A stretch of DNA of 64,000 nt from Pseudomonadota bacterium (GTDB lineage Bacteria; CALINM01), in assembly GCA_026418415.1 (NCBI GenBank), contig JAOABK010000008.1, positions 4,245 through 68,244 of the forward strand, in the 5' to 3' direction. The notes beneath the pieces were generated by a model. That model did not search any database, was not told the DNA's origin, and saw only the letters and a program-made list of their open reading frames with translations. This document shows, piece by piece, positions 49,444 to 59,938 of this stretch (the stretch's first letter is position 1; every line of letters begins with the position of its first letter). Made by a program: the position numbers and the translations under genes.

Positions 49444-50447
49444 GACTCCTCCCTTTTATTTTTTTTCTGAAATTTATATACCGCACTATTGTGTTCTTTC
49501 AAGCTTTTTGAAAAAATATGGGTCCCATCATTTCGGGAAACAAAATACAAATAATCAACCTGTGCTGGTTTGTAAGCAGCAATAATCGCTTCTTTTGATG
49601 GATTTGCAATCGGTGTTGGTGGAAGACCATAATAAAGATATGTGTTATATGGATGTTTTGAATATAAATCTTTTTTTGTAAGATCACCATTAAAATTTTT
49701 TAGACCATAAATTACAGTTGGATCACATTGAAGTTTCATCCCCTTTCTTATCCTATTATGAAACACTGCAGATATTAAGGGCATCTCCTCTTTGACTTTA
49801 GCTTCTTTTTCGATCATTGATGCGTAGGTTAATATCTTATGGATTTCCTTTTTAGGCATTTTTTCTGGTATCCCTATTTCTTTATAAAGAACTTCGAAAG
49901 TCTTATTAAACATCTCTTTTATCACATCCTCTTCCTTCGTTTTTGGCATAAAATAATAGGTTGATGGAAAAAGATATCCTTCTAAAGAAGGCAAGTCATA
50001 ACCAAGAGAGGCAATAAATTTTTTATCCTTCACTAACTCAAGAAACCTTTTTGCAGAACCGAGCTTGACATTTTCAACTACCTGAGCTATTTGATAGATA
50101 TTATATCCCTCTGGTATGACTAACTTATATTTTTCAACATCTCCCTGAAGGAGCCTACTCCAAAAGCTCTCGGGAGACTCGTTTTTTCTGGCTAAATAGA
50201 ACCCTGGAATTATTCTCTTGTCACCACCTTTAATTTTAACCATGATTCTAAATAAAAACTTATTTTTAATAATTCCCTCATTTGATAGATTGTTAATTAT
50301 CTGAATACCAGTTTCTCCTTTCTTAACTTCAAATAATTTATCTTCCTCTAACCCAAGTGGGCTTTTGATATAGTAAAGGTAGAAAAAAACAAAAATCAAT
50401 AAACCGCTTACCAAGAAAGAGGTCAGCCACAAGAATTTTCTTTTCAT
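49440..50447 (-). CDS. mltG: Endolytic murein transglycosylase MltG (YceG)
   Basis: N-terminal TM anchor, LysM-like fold, ASMIEKEA catalytic Glu region, YNTY..GLPP.PI.NP motif. Confidence 0.9.
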   Translation of the reverse strand: MKRKFLWLTSFLVSGLLIFVFFYLYYIKSPLGLEEDKLFEVKKGETGIQIINNLSNEGIIKNKFLFRIMVKIKGGDKRIIPGFYLARKNESPESFWSRLLQGDVEKYKLVIPEGYNIYQIAQVVENVKLGSAKRFLELVKDKKFIASLGYDLPSLEGYLFPSTYYFMPKTKEEDVIKEMFNKTFEVLYKEIGIPEKMPKKEIHKILTYASMIEKEAKVKEEMPLISAVFHNRIRKGMKLQCDPTVIYGLKNFNGDLTKKDLYSKHPYNTYLYYGLPPTPIANPSKEAIIAAYKPAQVDYLYFVSRNDGTHIFSKSLKEHNSAVYKFQKKNKREES

Positions 50448-50451
50448 AAAA

Positions 50452-50874
50452 TTATTTATTCAGACTCCTTAAATAGTCTTGCAGGATTAATGTAGCTGCA
50501 ATTTTATCAATATATTCCTTATGTTTTTTAGTCTTAAGCCCAGAGAAAGAAAGAGCTTCATGGGCTATAGATGTTGTAAAACTTTCTTCAATAAATTCAA
50601 CTTCTACATTTAATTCCTTGAGTTTTTCTCCAAAAGCCATAGATTTTTTTCCTATCTCTGTAACCTCACCATATTCATTTTCTGATACACCTAGTACAAT
50701 TTTTTTAACATCATATTTTTGCAAAACTTCTCTAATCTTTTCAATGTCTTTTTTATTACCCTCTCTCTTAATTACACATAAAGGCTGGGCTATTGTTTGT
50801 GTTTCATCGGTTATTGCAAGACCAATCCTTTTTATTCCAAAATCCAATCCAAGTATTCTTTCTTTCTTTTCCAT
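50452..50874 (-). CDS. ruvX: Holliday-junction resolvase-like nuclease RuvX (YqgF)
   Basis: ILGLDFGIKRIGLAITD N-terminus. 140 aa. Upstream of mltG, a common synteny. Confidence 0.9.
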   Translation of the reverse strand: MEKKERILGLDFGIKRIGLAITDETQTIAQPLCVIKREGNKKDIEKIREVLQKYDVKKIVLGVSENEYGEVTEIGKKSMAFGEKLKELNVEVEFIEESFTTSIAHEALSFSGLKTKKHKEYIDKIAATLILQDYLRSLNK

Positions 50875-50912
50875 ATTGACTGTTTATAGCATTTCTGATA
50901 CCTTTTTTAATT

Positions 50913-51485
50913 ATGATAACAGATATTATAAAAAAACTAAAACCTTTACTGACAGATAGTAGAAAAAATATCGCAGAAAAAACAGCAAAGGCAATTGCAA
51001 GGCTTCAAGCCAAGCAGTATTTTGATAATGCTTATTCTAAATATGAAGACTTAAATGAACAGAATAAAACACGTCTCTTAATGGAAATAAATAATGTATG
51101 TCCAAAGGCTGGCTTTGATTTTATAAATAAAGCCCTTGATGATGAGTTGCCTCAGGTAAAAGCAATCGCAATAAAGACCGCAATTGAACAAAACGATCCT
51201 CGTTTTATTCAAAAGATTGCCCAATTAATAAATGATTTTGAACCTATTGTAAGAAAATTGGCTTATGAATTTTTAGGGAAATTTCCACTCCCCCAGATAA
51301 CGACCGTACTCAACAAAAAATTGCTAATTGAAGAAGATAAAGAAGCATTACATGCACTTATAATTGCAATTGGAAACATTGGAAACCCAGATTCCTATGA
51401 GTTCCTTCAAAAGCTACTCGATCAAGTTGAAGACCCTTTTTTGAAAGAGGTAATTGTAGAATCAATAGGTAAGCTAAAACTCTAA
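50913..51485 (+). CDS. HEAT-repeat protein (190 aa)
   Basis: Repeated helical units of about 30 aa with the D..VR..A...LG pattern (DPRFIQKIAQLI, EPIVRKLAYEFLG, ALIIAIGNIGNP). Convergent 4-nt overlap with the HD-GYP gene. Confidence 0.6.
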   Translation: MITDIIKKLKPLLTDSRKNIAEKTAKAIARLQAKQYFDNAYSKYEDLNEQNKTRLLMEINNVCPKAGFDFINKALDDELPQVKAIAIKTAIEQNDPRFIQKIAQLINDFEPIVRKLAYEFLGKFPLPQITTVLNKKLLIEEDKEALHALIIAIGNIGNPDSYEFLQKLLDQVEDPFLKEVIVESIGKLKL

Positions 51486-52822
51486 TCAGTTAGAGCGTAT
51501 TCTGCGACATCAATATCATGCCAGGATGGATTAACGGTACCAACTATAGTTATTGGGAGATTAGTTTCTTCATCAACGGGATGTTGAGATAAATCAACGG
51601 TCTTTACTTTTTCTAACTTATTGCCAAAAATATCATAAACGACTTTAATAACAGGTTCATCTGGTGAAGAAGGATTAGGTCTTGTTACAATCCCAGTTTC
51701 TCCTGTATTTAATTTAACCAGTGTACCCTGTGGATATATACCAAGCATCTTAATAAATGCCTTTAAATAGTTCGGTTCAAAACTTTTCCCCGCCATCTTA
51801 CTCATAAACTCAAGTGCTTCCCTTGGTTCATAACATCTTTGATAAACCCGATGTGTCGTCATAGCATCATAGCAATCACAGATAGATAGAATCATGCTTG
51901 CAGGATGCAGTTTGTAATCTTTAGGTATCTCTGGATAACCACTCAAATCATACTTCATATGATGTTCAAGGGCTACCTTATAAATCACATCTGAAAGTCC
52001 TTCCATCTGTTTTAGTAACTCATAACCATTTATAGGATGTTTTTTCATCTCCTGCCATTCTTCTTCTGTAAGCTTGTCTGGCTTCAAAACAACTTTAGGA
52101 TCAATGCTAACCTTGCCTATATCATGTAGCATTGCAGCGGTACCTAACTCTTTAAGCAAATCGGGTCTTAATTTTAATGTTTCCCCCAAGGCGAGAGAGA
52201 GTATTGCCACATTAACAGAATGATTGAAGAGATATTCGTCGTAGCTTTTAATCAGTGTAAGGGCAAGCATTGTTTGCTTATTCTTCAATACCTGATCAAT
52301 CATTTTATTAACAACAAATTTTACATCATCAGCTTTTGGAATTTTGCCGAGCCTTACCTCCTCAATAACCCTTGTTAAAACTGCCTTTGCTTCGTTGTAT
52401 ACCTCTATTGCTTCTTTTTTAGACTCTTTCTCTATCCCCCCAAGTATAATATGGGGAAAATTTAAAAGTTCTTCACTTAATTCTTTTTGTATATTTGAAG
52501 CTGTTATTGTTATAAAATCATTCCACTCCTGTTCGGTTAGGCCTCTTGTAATGGTTAAACTTTCTTTTTTAAGTTTTATAAAGATTTTTACTACCGTATC
52601 CCACAAAAACTCCTGTGGTATTGGTATATTTTGTACCCAAACTACTCCATCTAAATAGGCTATAAAAACCTCTCCACTCTCATCTAAAAAACTCTGGATT
52701 AATTTATAAGATTTATCAATTGGTTGTGAAACATAAGGATGTCCTTTGGGATAAAAGGAGAAATTTTTTAACGCGGCATTAAAATTTTGTATTAAATTTT
52801 CGCATTCTTTAAGAACTGGCAT
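51482..52822 (-). CDS. HD-GYP domain c-di-GMP phosphodiesterase-like protein with an uncharacterised N-terminal domain
   Basis: HSVNVA, HDIGKV, HHMKYDLSGYP motifs. The N-terminal ~110 aa (LKNFSFYPKGHPYV...) are paralogous to the N-terminus of the upstream HEAT-repeat gene. Confidence 0.85.
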   Translation of the reverse strand: MPVLKECENLIQNFNAALKNFSFYPKGHPYVSQPIDKSYKLIQSFLDESGEVFIAYLDGVVWVQNIPIPQEFLWDTVVKIFIKLKKESLTITRGLTEQEWNDFITITASNIQKELSEELLNFPHIILGGIEKESKKEAIEVYNEAKAVLTRVIEEVRLGKIPKADDVKFVVNKMIDQVLKNKQTMLALTLIKSYDEYLFNHSVNVAILSLALGETLKLRPDLLKELGTAAMLHDIGKVSIDPKVVLKPDKLTEEEWQEMKKHPINGYELLKQMEGLSDVIYKVALEHHMKYDLSGYPEIPKDYKLHPASMILSICDCYDAMTTHRVYQRCYEPREALEFMSKMAGKSFEPNYLKAFIKMLGIYPQGTLVKLNTGETGIVTRPNPSSPDEPVIKVVYDIFGNKLEKVKTVDLSQHPVDEETNLPITIVGTVNPSWHDIDVAEYALTD

Positions 52823-52834
52823 AACTACAAAATA

Positions 52835-54427
52835 TTATACCACACTTTTTAATTTAATTTTTTGTAATGCTTCAAAAGCAGCATCTCTTATATCATCATC
52901 GCTATCTTTCAAAAGCTTCTCTAAGATTTTTGCAGAATCTTCATGCTTAATTTCTGATAACCCATCAATAGCAGAAAGCCTTAATACCTTATTTTCAGCT
53001 TTATTAAAAAACCCCTTTTTTGTTGCGTATTTTTTAAGTATAGGTAATATTGAGTGATGTCCAATTCTACCAAGTGCAACCAGCGCTTCTTTCTTCAATG
53101 AAATACTGCTCTCATTTTCAAGCACTGATAGAATAGACTTTATAGAATTAGTGTCTTTCATTATTCCAAGAGAGAAAATAATTAATTTCCTTACATCTTC
53201 AGTTTCATAATTCAACATTTCCCGCAAGATATTGAAGGCTTGAGGATCCTGAATCCTTGCAAGTGATTTTACAACTTCCTTTCTAATCCTTGCATCGCTG
53301 TGTTTTGAAACTTCTAAAAGATAAGGTATGGCCTCCTTCTTGCCAAAAATGCCAAGAATTGTAACCATATTTCTTACAATATACCACCTTTCATCAGTCA
53401 GATGGTAAACAACCCTATTAAAGGCCACATCTCCCATTTGAGTCAATTCATTTATTATAATTTTCCTTGTTTTAATATCATTAGCACTACTAAGAAGGCT
53501 TAAAAAAACCTCGACCGCTGGTTCACCTATAAACTTAAATATTTTCCTTATCTTATTAGCAACAAACTCCAAATTAATATTTTTTATTAGAATTTCTGCA
53601 AAGATCAAAAGCCTTTTCTCGTTCAATCTCTCGTTTAGAAATTTCTTAGCTTCCTTAGAGATGCCAGGGAGAGTAGTTTTATCCTCAATATGAGCTATTA
53701 GTAGTTCTATAATCTCAATAATGTTTTTGAAATATATACCCCAATCTAAATTATTTAGAAAACCAGTTAATTCCTTTAATATAGCTATATATTTAGCTGA
53801 ATCATTTTTCGCCTTTGATTCAATCAAATCTAATTTGAATTTTCTGAAAGCCTCTTCTATGCTAATTTTTTCTCTTTCTAAAGTCTCCTTAACATAAGAG
53901 GTCTCTGCATGTTTAACTGGAGCCTCTTCTTTAGGAACAAAAAGATTAACATCAAAAATGTCTGTTCCAGTAACAAGTACATCTTGCTTTTCATCTTTTT
54001 TCTTTACCAGGTTTTTTGAAAGCTGTGTTTCTGAAAGAGCAATATTTCTTATATTACTATTTTCAATTAATACTTCAAGACCGCCCGCTGAGAAAATATT
54101 TCCCGCTTCCATAGTTAAAAATTGCATAAAGGTGTAAAGCTCATCTGCATCAACACCATGATTAAAAATTATCTTGTTAACCCTTCTTAAAATTAAAGTT
54201 TGAACTAAATCTCTCAATACAGGTTGAACTACAGGTATTCTCGTATTCTTAGTTGAAATAGCTTCTTTGGTTATTTCAATAATTAACGGCTCTTTTTTTG
54301 CAAAAGAATTTATATTTGATACAATTCTTTGTAAAGCACTGACAAGTGCGGGATGGCTTTCAGGATAAAAACTTACAGCCTTCAACGTTTTAGCAAAATC
54401 AATTATTATACTATCTAAGCTTTCCAT
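52835..54427 (-). CDS. HEAT-repeat protein (530 aa) with an N-terminal domain shared with the adjacent HD-GYP protein
   Basis: N-terminus LKAVSFYPESHPALV... The C-terminal half has HEAT/PBS-lyase-like repeats (DARIRKEVVKSLARIQDP, EDVRKLIIFSLG, DDDIRDAAFEAL). 12-nt gap to the HD-GYP gene. Confidence 0.65.
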   Translation of the reverse strand: MESLDSIIIDFAKTLKAVSFYPESHPALVSALQRIVSNINSFAKKEPLIIEITKEAISTKNTRIPVVQPVLRDLVQTLILRRVNKIIFNHGVDADELYTFMQFLTMEAGNIFSAGGLEVLIENSNIRNIALSETQLSKNLVKKKDEKQDVLVTGTDIFDVNLFVPKEEAPVKHAETSYVKETLEREKISIEEAFRKFKLDLIESKAKNDSAKYIAILKELTGFLNNLDWGIYFKNIIEIIELLIAHIEDKTTLPGISKEAKKFLNERLNEKRLLIFAEILIKNINLEFVANKIRKIFKFIGEPAVEVFLSLLSSANDIKTRKIIINELTQMGDVAFNRVVYHLTDERWYIVRNMVTILGIFGKKEAIPYLLEVSKHSDARIRKEVVKSLARIQDPQAFNILREMLNYETEDVRKLIIFSLGIMKDTNSIKSILSVLENESSISLKKEALVALGRIGHHSILPILKKYATKKGFFNKAENKVLRLSAIDGLSEIKHEDSAKILEKLLKDSDDDIRDAAFEALQKIKLKSVV

Positions 54428-54645
54428 TTATTCCATCTTTAAAACACTTTATTGAAAATCATACATACAATTTAATAATTCGTCAACTGTAAAACATTTT
54501 AAAAACATAATTCTTTTTAAATAGACTATATTTATAACATCGAAAAAGTAATTTAATGTTTTCATTCTCTCTACAAATTTTCTATTTTATATTTAACTTC
54601 CTTCTATCTATATAAAAAACGAATTTTATCATATAATATTTATTT

Positions 54646-54855
54646 ATGAGATACAAAGTAGTGGAGTTATCTATTGTAACTGATGAAGAAATAGAACAGT
54701 CTTTAAATGAATGGGTTAGCAAGGGCTACTTTTTTGAAAGTATCCATTTTGTAGTAAGCGATTCTTCAAGAAGGCCTAAAATGGCTTTTCTTTTTTTTAC
54801 TGATAGAAAGGGGCTGGATGTTATTAAAGATAAAAAAAATAACGAAGATATATAA
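54646..54855 (+). CDS. Small DUF4177-like protein (69 aa)
   Basis: MRYKVVEL start, LNEWVSKGY.FESI and MAFLFF pattern, as I recall DUF4177. Overlaps the ABC ATPase start by 38 nt. Confidence 0.35.
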   Translation: MRYKVVELSIVTDEEIEQSLNEWVSKGYFFESIHFVVSDSSRRPKMAFLFFTDRKGLDVIKDKKNNEDI

Positions 54856-55747
54856 AAACAAAACTGGTTCTATTAAAGCTCTTGATAACTTCACTTATTC
54901 TTTTGAAAGCGGATATATATACGGAATTGTTGGATTAAATGGTGCGGGCAAGACAACCCTTATAAAGACCATTTGTGGACTTTTGATTCCTGATAACGGC
55001 AATGTATATTTTAATGATGATCCTCTATACCCTAAAGGACAAAAAAACTTACATTTAATTGGTGCTATTTTAGAGGGTTCGAGAAATATTTTCTGGAATT
55101 TTACCCCACTTCAGAACGTTAGATATTTTGCTCTTTTAAGAGGGCTTAACTTAAAGGATGCTCTTTCTAAAGCTTTGACAATATTTAATGAATTTGATTT
55201 ATCAGATAAATTAAATACCCCTGTAAGAAACTTATCCCAGGGCATGAAGCAAAAGATCGCTATAGCAATTTCTTTACTTCATGAACCAGAAATTTTACTG
55301 CTCGATGAACCCACCTTAGGACTTGATCCAATTGCTGGTAATAGAATGCAAAGCTATATTTTAAAATTTGCAAGGGAAAGTAAAAAAATTATTATTATTA
55401 CATCTCACCAATTGTCAGTATTAGAAAATATTTGTGATGAAATTATCTTCTTGAAAAAAGGAACTTTTGTATCTTCCCATAGCATGGCCGATCTTAAATC
55501 TAATACGCAAAAAACAATATATAAAATTAGGGCTTTGAATTCAAATTATAAGAACATAGAACCTATTAAACAAAAATTTATCAATGTTGTAACTAACAGG
55601 GATTTTATTGAATTTGATTTTATACCAAACGATTTTCCGCTCGAAAGGGCTCTTGAAATGATAAAAGAAACTGGCTTATCAATCATAGATATTGAAAAAT
55701 TTAAACCTACTTTAGAAGACCTTTTCTTTGAGGAAATAGGAACATGA
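54818..55747 (+). CDS. ABC transporter ATP-binding protein
   Basis: GLNGAGKTT Walker A, LSQGMKQK signature, LLLDEPT Walker B, H-loop SH. 309 aa. Confidence 0.9.
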   Translation: MLLKIKKITKIYKNKTGSIKALDNFTYSFESGYIYGIVGLNGAGKTTLIKTICGLLIPDNGNVYFNDDPLYPKGQKNLHLIGAILEGSRNIFWNFTPLQNVRYFALLRGLNLKDALSKALTIFNEFDLSDKLNTPVRNLSQGMKQKIAIAISLLHEPEILLLDEPTLGLDPIAGNRMQSYILKFARESKKIIIITSHQLSVLENICDEIIFLKKGTFVSSHSMADLKSNTQKTIYKIRALNSNYKNIEPIKQKFINVVTNRDFIEFDFIPNDFPLERALEMIKETGLSIIDIEKFKPTLEDLFFEEIGT

Positions 55748-56550
55748 AAATCATAAGTATAATTTTAGCTGAATGTTATAGAGAGTTTGTTTATGCAAAA
55801 AGATATAGCGTAGAAAGAATTTCATCATTAATAATGCTCTTTTTTATTTTCTTTGGTATTGTTTACTCCTCTACCACATCTTTTCAAGCAAATAGTTATA
55901 ATTATTTTGATCCTATCAGCACTTCACACCGAATAGTTGGTTTTCTCTTATGGTTTTTTGCCCTTGATGCTGTTGGACATTTAAGCAGTTCCATTAGAGA
56001 AGATTTACATATAGGGATATTAGAGCAAATTGCACTTAGCCCATATTCTTTAATTTATAATCTCATGGGAAGAAGTATATCAAGACTTATAATTAATTTT
56101 ACATTGTCAATATTACTTTTCCTTGTCTTTCAAAAAACTTTCGATGTGAACATTAAGATTCCTTTAGTTGTTTTATTTTTCTTTATTTTAACTTACTCAG
56201 GATTATATGGTCTGGGGTTATTCTTTGCAGGACTAACGCTAATTTTCAAAAGACTCGGTCCGATAACTACTATTACAAGATTTTTATTGTTAATTTTTAC
56301 AGGTGCAATAATACCACTTGATAGCTTTCCTTTATATCTGAAACTTTTTTCTCAAACCTTACCAATGACTTTAGGATTATCTATTATAAAAGAGATAGTC
56401 TTTGAAAACGCAACATTTTTAAAAATTATAAAAGATTATAAATTTTTCCTTTTTTTGATCAATTCTTTATTCTATCTATCACTTGGGATAATTACGTTTC
56501 TATATCTTGAAAAAAAGGCAAGATCTAAAGGTGCTCTTGGAACCTATTAA
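55744..56550 (+). CDS. ABC-2 type transporter permease
   Basis: Six predicted TM helices, 268 aa. ATGA overlap with the ATPase gene. Confidence 0.7.
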   Translation: MKIISIILAECYREFVYAKRYSVERISSLIMLFFIFFGIVYSSTTSFQANSYNYFDPISTSHRIVGFLLWFFALDAVGHLSSSIREDLHIGILEQIALSPYSLIYNLMGRSISRLIINFTLSILLFLVFQKTFDVNIKIPLVVLFFFILTYSGLYGLGLFFAGLTLIFKRLGPITTITRFLLLIFTGAIIPLDSFPLYLKLFSQTLPMTLGLSIIKEIVFENATFLKIIKDYKFFLFLINSLFYLSLGIITFLYLEKKARSKGALGTY

Positions 56551-57277
56551 ATTTTTTATATTCTAAAATTTTATTTTTTCCATCATAAACTAAATAACTT
56601 CTATCTATCTTCCAACTCCCTAAAAGATAAAAATTAAACTTAGGTCCTATCTCCAACTTCTTAGCTATATGAAAATGCCCTAAAATTGCTCCCAAGTAGC
56701 CTCTCTTAGCTAAAAGGGGCGCAACATCAAAAAAAATCTTATCATCTAATTTCTGTTTCCCACTGATATTTTCTCTGCTAAATTTAGAAAACCAATGGGC
56801 AAAATGGTAAACAAGATAGGGCGGTAGTACATAAGCTAATAAATAAGTTACAGGATTCCTAACAAGCAAAGATAGTATTTTATGGGAATAATCCTTTGAA
56901 TTTAATAAATCACCATGGCTTAGAAAAAATTTACCATTTAAATCGATAGTCATATCACCTTCAATTATTTCTATTGGATAGCCTAAAAGGTTTAATTTTT
57001 TCAAAAAAAAGTCATGGTTCCCCTCAAAATAAAATATTTTAATCCCCTTTTCAACAACCCTTTGCATAACCGAAAGTAATGGTAAATGTTCATAAAAAAC
57101 AACCTGTGGAAAGGCAATAAAAAAATCAAATAGATCTCCCAATATAAAAACTGCTTTTATTTCATTAGAGTCTTTTTCTATAATTTCAAAAAATTTAAGT
57201 AAATCTCTGTATTCATCATCTGTTACTTTCTTGAGATGAGCATCAGCTAAAAATATTATCTTGTCCATTATTAGCAT
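56525..57277 (-). CDS. lpxH: UDP-2,3-diacylglucosamine diphosphatase LpxH
   Basis: Collinear with E. coli LpxH motifs: FLADAHL, ILGDLFDF, EGNHDF, SHGD, GHFH. About 250 aa. The start could be the second ATG at 57268. Confidence 0.78.
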   Translation of the reverse strand: MLIMDKIIFLADAHLKKVTDDEYRDLLKFFEIIEKDSNEIKAVFILGDLFDFFIAFPQVVFYEHLPLLSVMQRVVEKGIKIFYFEGNHDFFLKKLNLLGYPIEIIEGDMTIDLNGKFFLSHGDLLNSKDYSHKILSLLVRNPVTYLLAYVLPPYLVYHFAHWFSKFSRENISGKQKLDDKIFFDVAPLLAKRGYLGAILGHFHIAKKLEIGPKFNFYLLGSWKIDRSYLVYDGKNKILEYKKFNRFQEHL

Positions 57278-57327
57278 TATAAACTTTGTTTTTTAAAATT
57301 GGAATATTTTTTGCTATATATCTATTC

Positions 57328-57795
57328 ATGAATTATTACGATTTAGAATTTTTTAAAGGATTTACAAAAGAAGAAATAAATACAATCTTAAAACTTACTA
57401 TACCCGTAACCTATGGTCACGGAGAAACAATTCTAAAAGAAGGCGAGACCTCACATCTTTTAATGCTTATTACTGAAGGTAAAGTAAAGGTAATCAAAAA
57501 AATCGATGAACAAAATACTAAAGTCTTGGCTATTTTAGAAACTGGTGAATTATTTGGAGAGATGTCCTTCTTTGATGAAGGTATCCACAATACCTCTGTA
57601 ATAGCCCATTCAGATACAAGCTTACTTGTATTGGGCAAAAATGAATTTGAATTGTTGGAACAAAAAAACCCCATTCTAACAATAAAGTTTCTAAAAAAAA
57701 TCATCCAAACCTGTAGTAGCAGAATTAGATTTTTAAATGAAGAAATAAAACAGATCAGCAACTGGTGTATAACCTTGAGGATGAAAAACAAATAA
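57328..57795 (+). CDS. Cyclic-nucleotide-binding domain protein (stand-alone)
   Basis: GELFGEMSF phosphate-binding-cassette-like motif within a beta-roll. No DNA-binding HTH is evident. The track start at 57286 is TTG, so the ATG at 57328 is used. Confidence 0.7.
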   Translation: MNYYDLEFFKGFTKEEINTILKLTIPVTYGHGETILKEGETSHLLMLITEGKVKVIKKIDEQNTKVLAILETGELFGEMSFFDEGIHNTSVIAHSDTSLLVLGKNEFELLEQKNPILTIKFLKKIIQTCSSRIRFLNEEIKQISNWCITLRMKNK

Positions 57796-57812
57796 AGGTG
57801 TGCAAAGTTTGC

Positions 57813-58421
57813 TTATTTTTTCTTATTTGCCATTCCCCCTGAAAGAATCAAGGCAAATGCTTCATCAACCGTAAGCTCACTATCAATAATATCTTCATCT
57901 TTAACAACAATCATAAAGCCAGAAGTTGGATTAATCGCTGTTGGCACATAAACATAAGATTGTTTTTTCCCTTCCATTGTATCTGGAGCTCTTCCTGTAA
58001 GAAAACCAATTGCCCTAACATTTTCATGGGGGAATGGAACCATTACCACCCTTTTAAACTGGTTTTTATCATTGTCCATTATAGATTCTGCTAATTTTTT
58101 GACAGCTAAATAGAGCTGTCTTGCTATGGGAAATAGTAAAAATATTTTTTCAATGATTTGCAGTAACTTTTTACCTAAATATCTTCTTGAAAAAAAACCT
58201 AAAATAACAAAGAAAATAATGCTCAGTATAATACCAACTCCAGGATACTTTAGAAATTCTAATAAATTAGGAAAATTGAAGGGACTTAAAAGACGAAGCA
58301 TAATATCATCAAAAAAGCTAATTATTTTAAAAATGATCAGAATAGTAACATATATTGGAATAAAAGTAGCAATACCAATGACTAAATAGAACTTAAATTT
58401 GTTTTTTAAAAACTTTATCAT
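57813..58421 (-). CDS. DUF502 family membrane protein
   Basis: Two to three N-terminal TM helices, PIARQLY, VPTA.NPTSGF..VV motif. 202 aa. Confidence 0.7.
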   Translation of the reverse strand: MIKFLKNKFKFYLVIGIATFIPIYVTILIIFKIISFFDDIMLRLLSPFNFPNLLEFLKYPGVGIILSIIFFVILGFFSRRYLGKKLLQIIEKIFLLFPIARQLYLAVKKLAESIMDNDKNQFKRVVMVPFPHENVRAIGFLTGRAPDTMEGKKQSYVYVPTAINPTSGFMIVVKDEDIIDSELTVDEAFALILSGGMANKKK

Positions 58422-59583
58422 CTTCTATATCACCATCGATAATATATATCTTTCCATCATTAAAAAAGTGCTCAAATAATTCTTTTTCATCGTAAACCCC
58501 AGGAACAAAAAGGGCATGAAATTTTTCTCCCCTTTCAAGGCCGCTTCCCTTTATTTTCAAGACTTCTCTACCAACATAAGTTAGAGAATCGAATACCTGT
58601 TTAAAGTATTTTTCCTTAAAATTGAGACTTTTTAGAATTAGATAACTATCTTTTCTTAAGTTCATATCTCTATTTGTTAATGGACTATCAGTGCCAATTG
58701 CAAATCTTATTTTATTTTCTAAAATGTATTTGAAATCTGGAAGCCTATCCCCCCAATACTGGTTGCTACAGGGACATAAAACAACACTAATATCCCTCTC
58801 TTTTACCATATCCCAATCTCTTTTATTGAACTCAACACAATGCACAAGTATAACATTCTTATCAAATCCCATTTTTTCTATTATTTCTTTATAACTTTTT
58901 ACATTCAAATCTTCAAACTCTGAATTTGGAAATATTTTTTCAAAGCCAGATACTTTCCTGTCAAAAAAAAGGGCGGTCTCATATTTTGTTTCACCCAAAT
59001 GTATCATAACAGGGATCTCATTAACTTTTGCCCTTTTAATTAAATTTAAAGTCCTTGAAAAAGGCGTTGTGTACAAAGAGTGGATAGATATACCTTTATC
59101 TACATTACACAAAGAAATAAACTTATTTAAATAAGATAATTTGGTCTGAAAAAGCTCCTCACTATAACCAAGAATTTCAAAAAATACCCTTCCCGAAGAA
59201 AAATAAGTTAGATATGGACCTTCTGGTAATACACTCCTAACATCACCTATGCACCCAATTCCCTTACTTAAAAAAATTTGTTCGCCTCTATTTATACTCT
59301 CTATGTATTCATTTTCTGAGAAACTCCGTTTCTTTCCTACAACAAATAAAATCCAATCCCATAAGTTACTTATATTTTTAGAATTTTCGAAGTCTGTTAA
59401 CTCAAGATGTGTATGGGCATTAACAAAGGTTGGAAAAAGGGTACCATCAAGAAATATATAGTCTTGGCTTTTACCATCAAATTGAGATTTTTCTAAAATT
59501 TTACCAAATTCATCCAGGACAAATAAAACATCTTTTTTAACACCATCGAGCTTGTATAAGGAAGCAACCCTTATTTTTTTCAC
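58393..59583 (-). CDS. Amidohydrolase-superfamily protein (chlorohydrolase/deaminase-like) co-transcribed with panBCD
   Basis: [11 protein letters not shown] metal-binding HxH, later HLGE, VHCV and GTDS motifs. GTG start forms a GTGA overlap with the panD stop. Confidence 0.65.
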   Translation of the reverse strand: MKKIRVASLYKLDGVKKDVLFVLDEFGKILEKSQFDGKSQDYIFLDGTLFPTFVNAHTHLELTDFENSKNISNLWDWILFVVGKKRSFSENEYIESINRGEQIFLSKGIGCIGDVRSVLPEGPYLTYFSSGRVFFEILGYSEELFQTKLSYLNKFISLCNVDKGISIHSLYTTPFSRTLNLIKRAKVNEIPVMIHLGETKYETALFFDRKVSGFEKIFPNSEFEDLNVKSYKEIIEKMGFDKNVILVHCVEFNKRDWDMVKERDISVVLCPCSNQYWGDRLPDFKYILENKIRFAIGTDSPLTNRDMNLRKDSYLILKSLNFKEKYFKQVFDSLTYVGREVLKIKGSGLERGEKFHALFVPGVYDEKELFEHFFNDGKIYIIDGDIEDDKVFKKQI

Positions 59584-59936
59584 TTAATAATTTCCTGATT
59601 ATTCTCATCCAGATAAATATTTGTTGGTTTAAAATCAGGACCAAGCTCATTTTCAGTATATATACCGTAAGTAGCAATTATAATAACATCTCCTTTATTA
59701 GCCTTATGAACTGCTGCTCCATTTATACAGATAGTCTTAGACCCCCTTCTTCCAGGAATAGCGTAGGTAATAAATCTATTACCATTAGTTACATTATATA
59801 TATGAACCTGCTCATAAGGTCTTATCTTTGCCTTTTCCATAAGGTCTAAATCTATTGTTATGCTACCTTCATAATGTAGGTTTGCATCAGTAACAACTGC
59901 CCTATGAATTTTTGACTTTAACATTGTTAAATACAT
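59580..59936 (-). CDS. panD: Aspartate 1-decarboxylase (pyruvoyl-dependent)
   Basis: [25 protein letters not shown] contains the Gly-Ser self-cleavage site. 118 aa. Confidence 0.95.
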   Translation of the reverse strand: MYLTMLKSKIHRAVVTDANLHYEGSITIDLDLMEKAKIRPYEQVHIYNVTNGNRFITYAIPGRRGSKTICINGAAVHKANKGDVIIIATYGIYTENELGPDFKPTNIYLDENNQEIIK

Positions 59937-59938
59937 CT

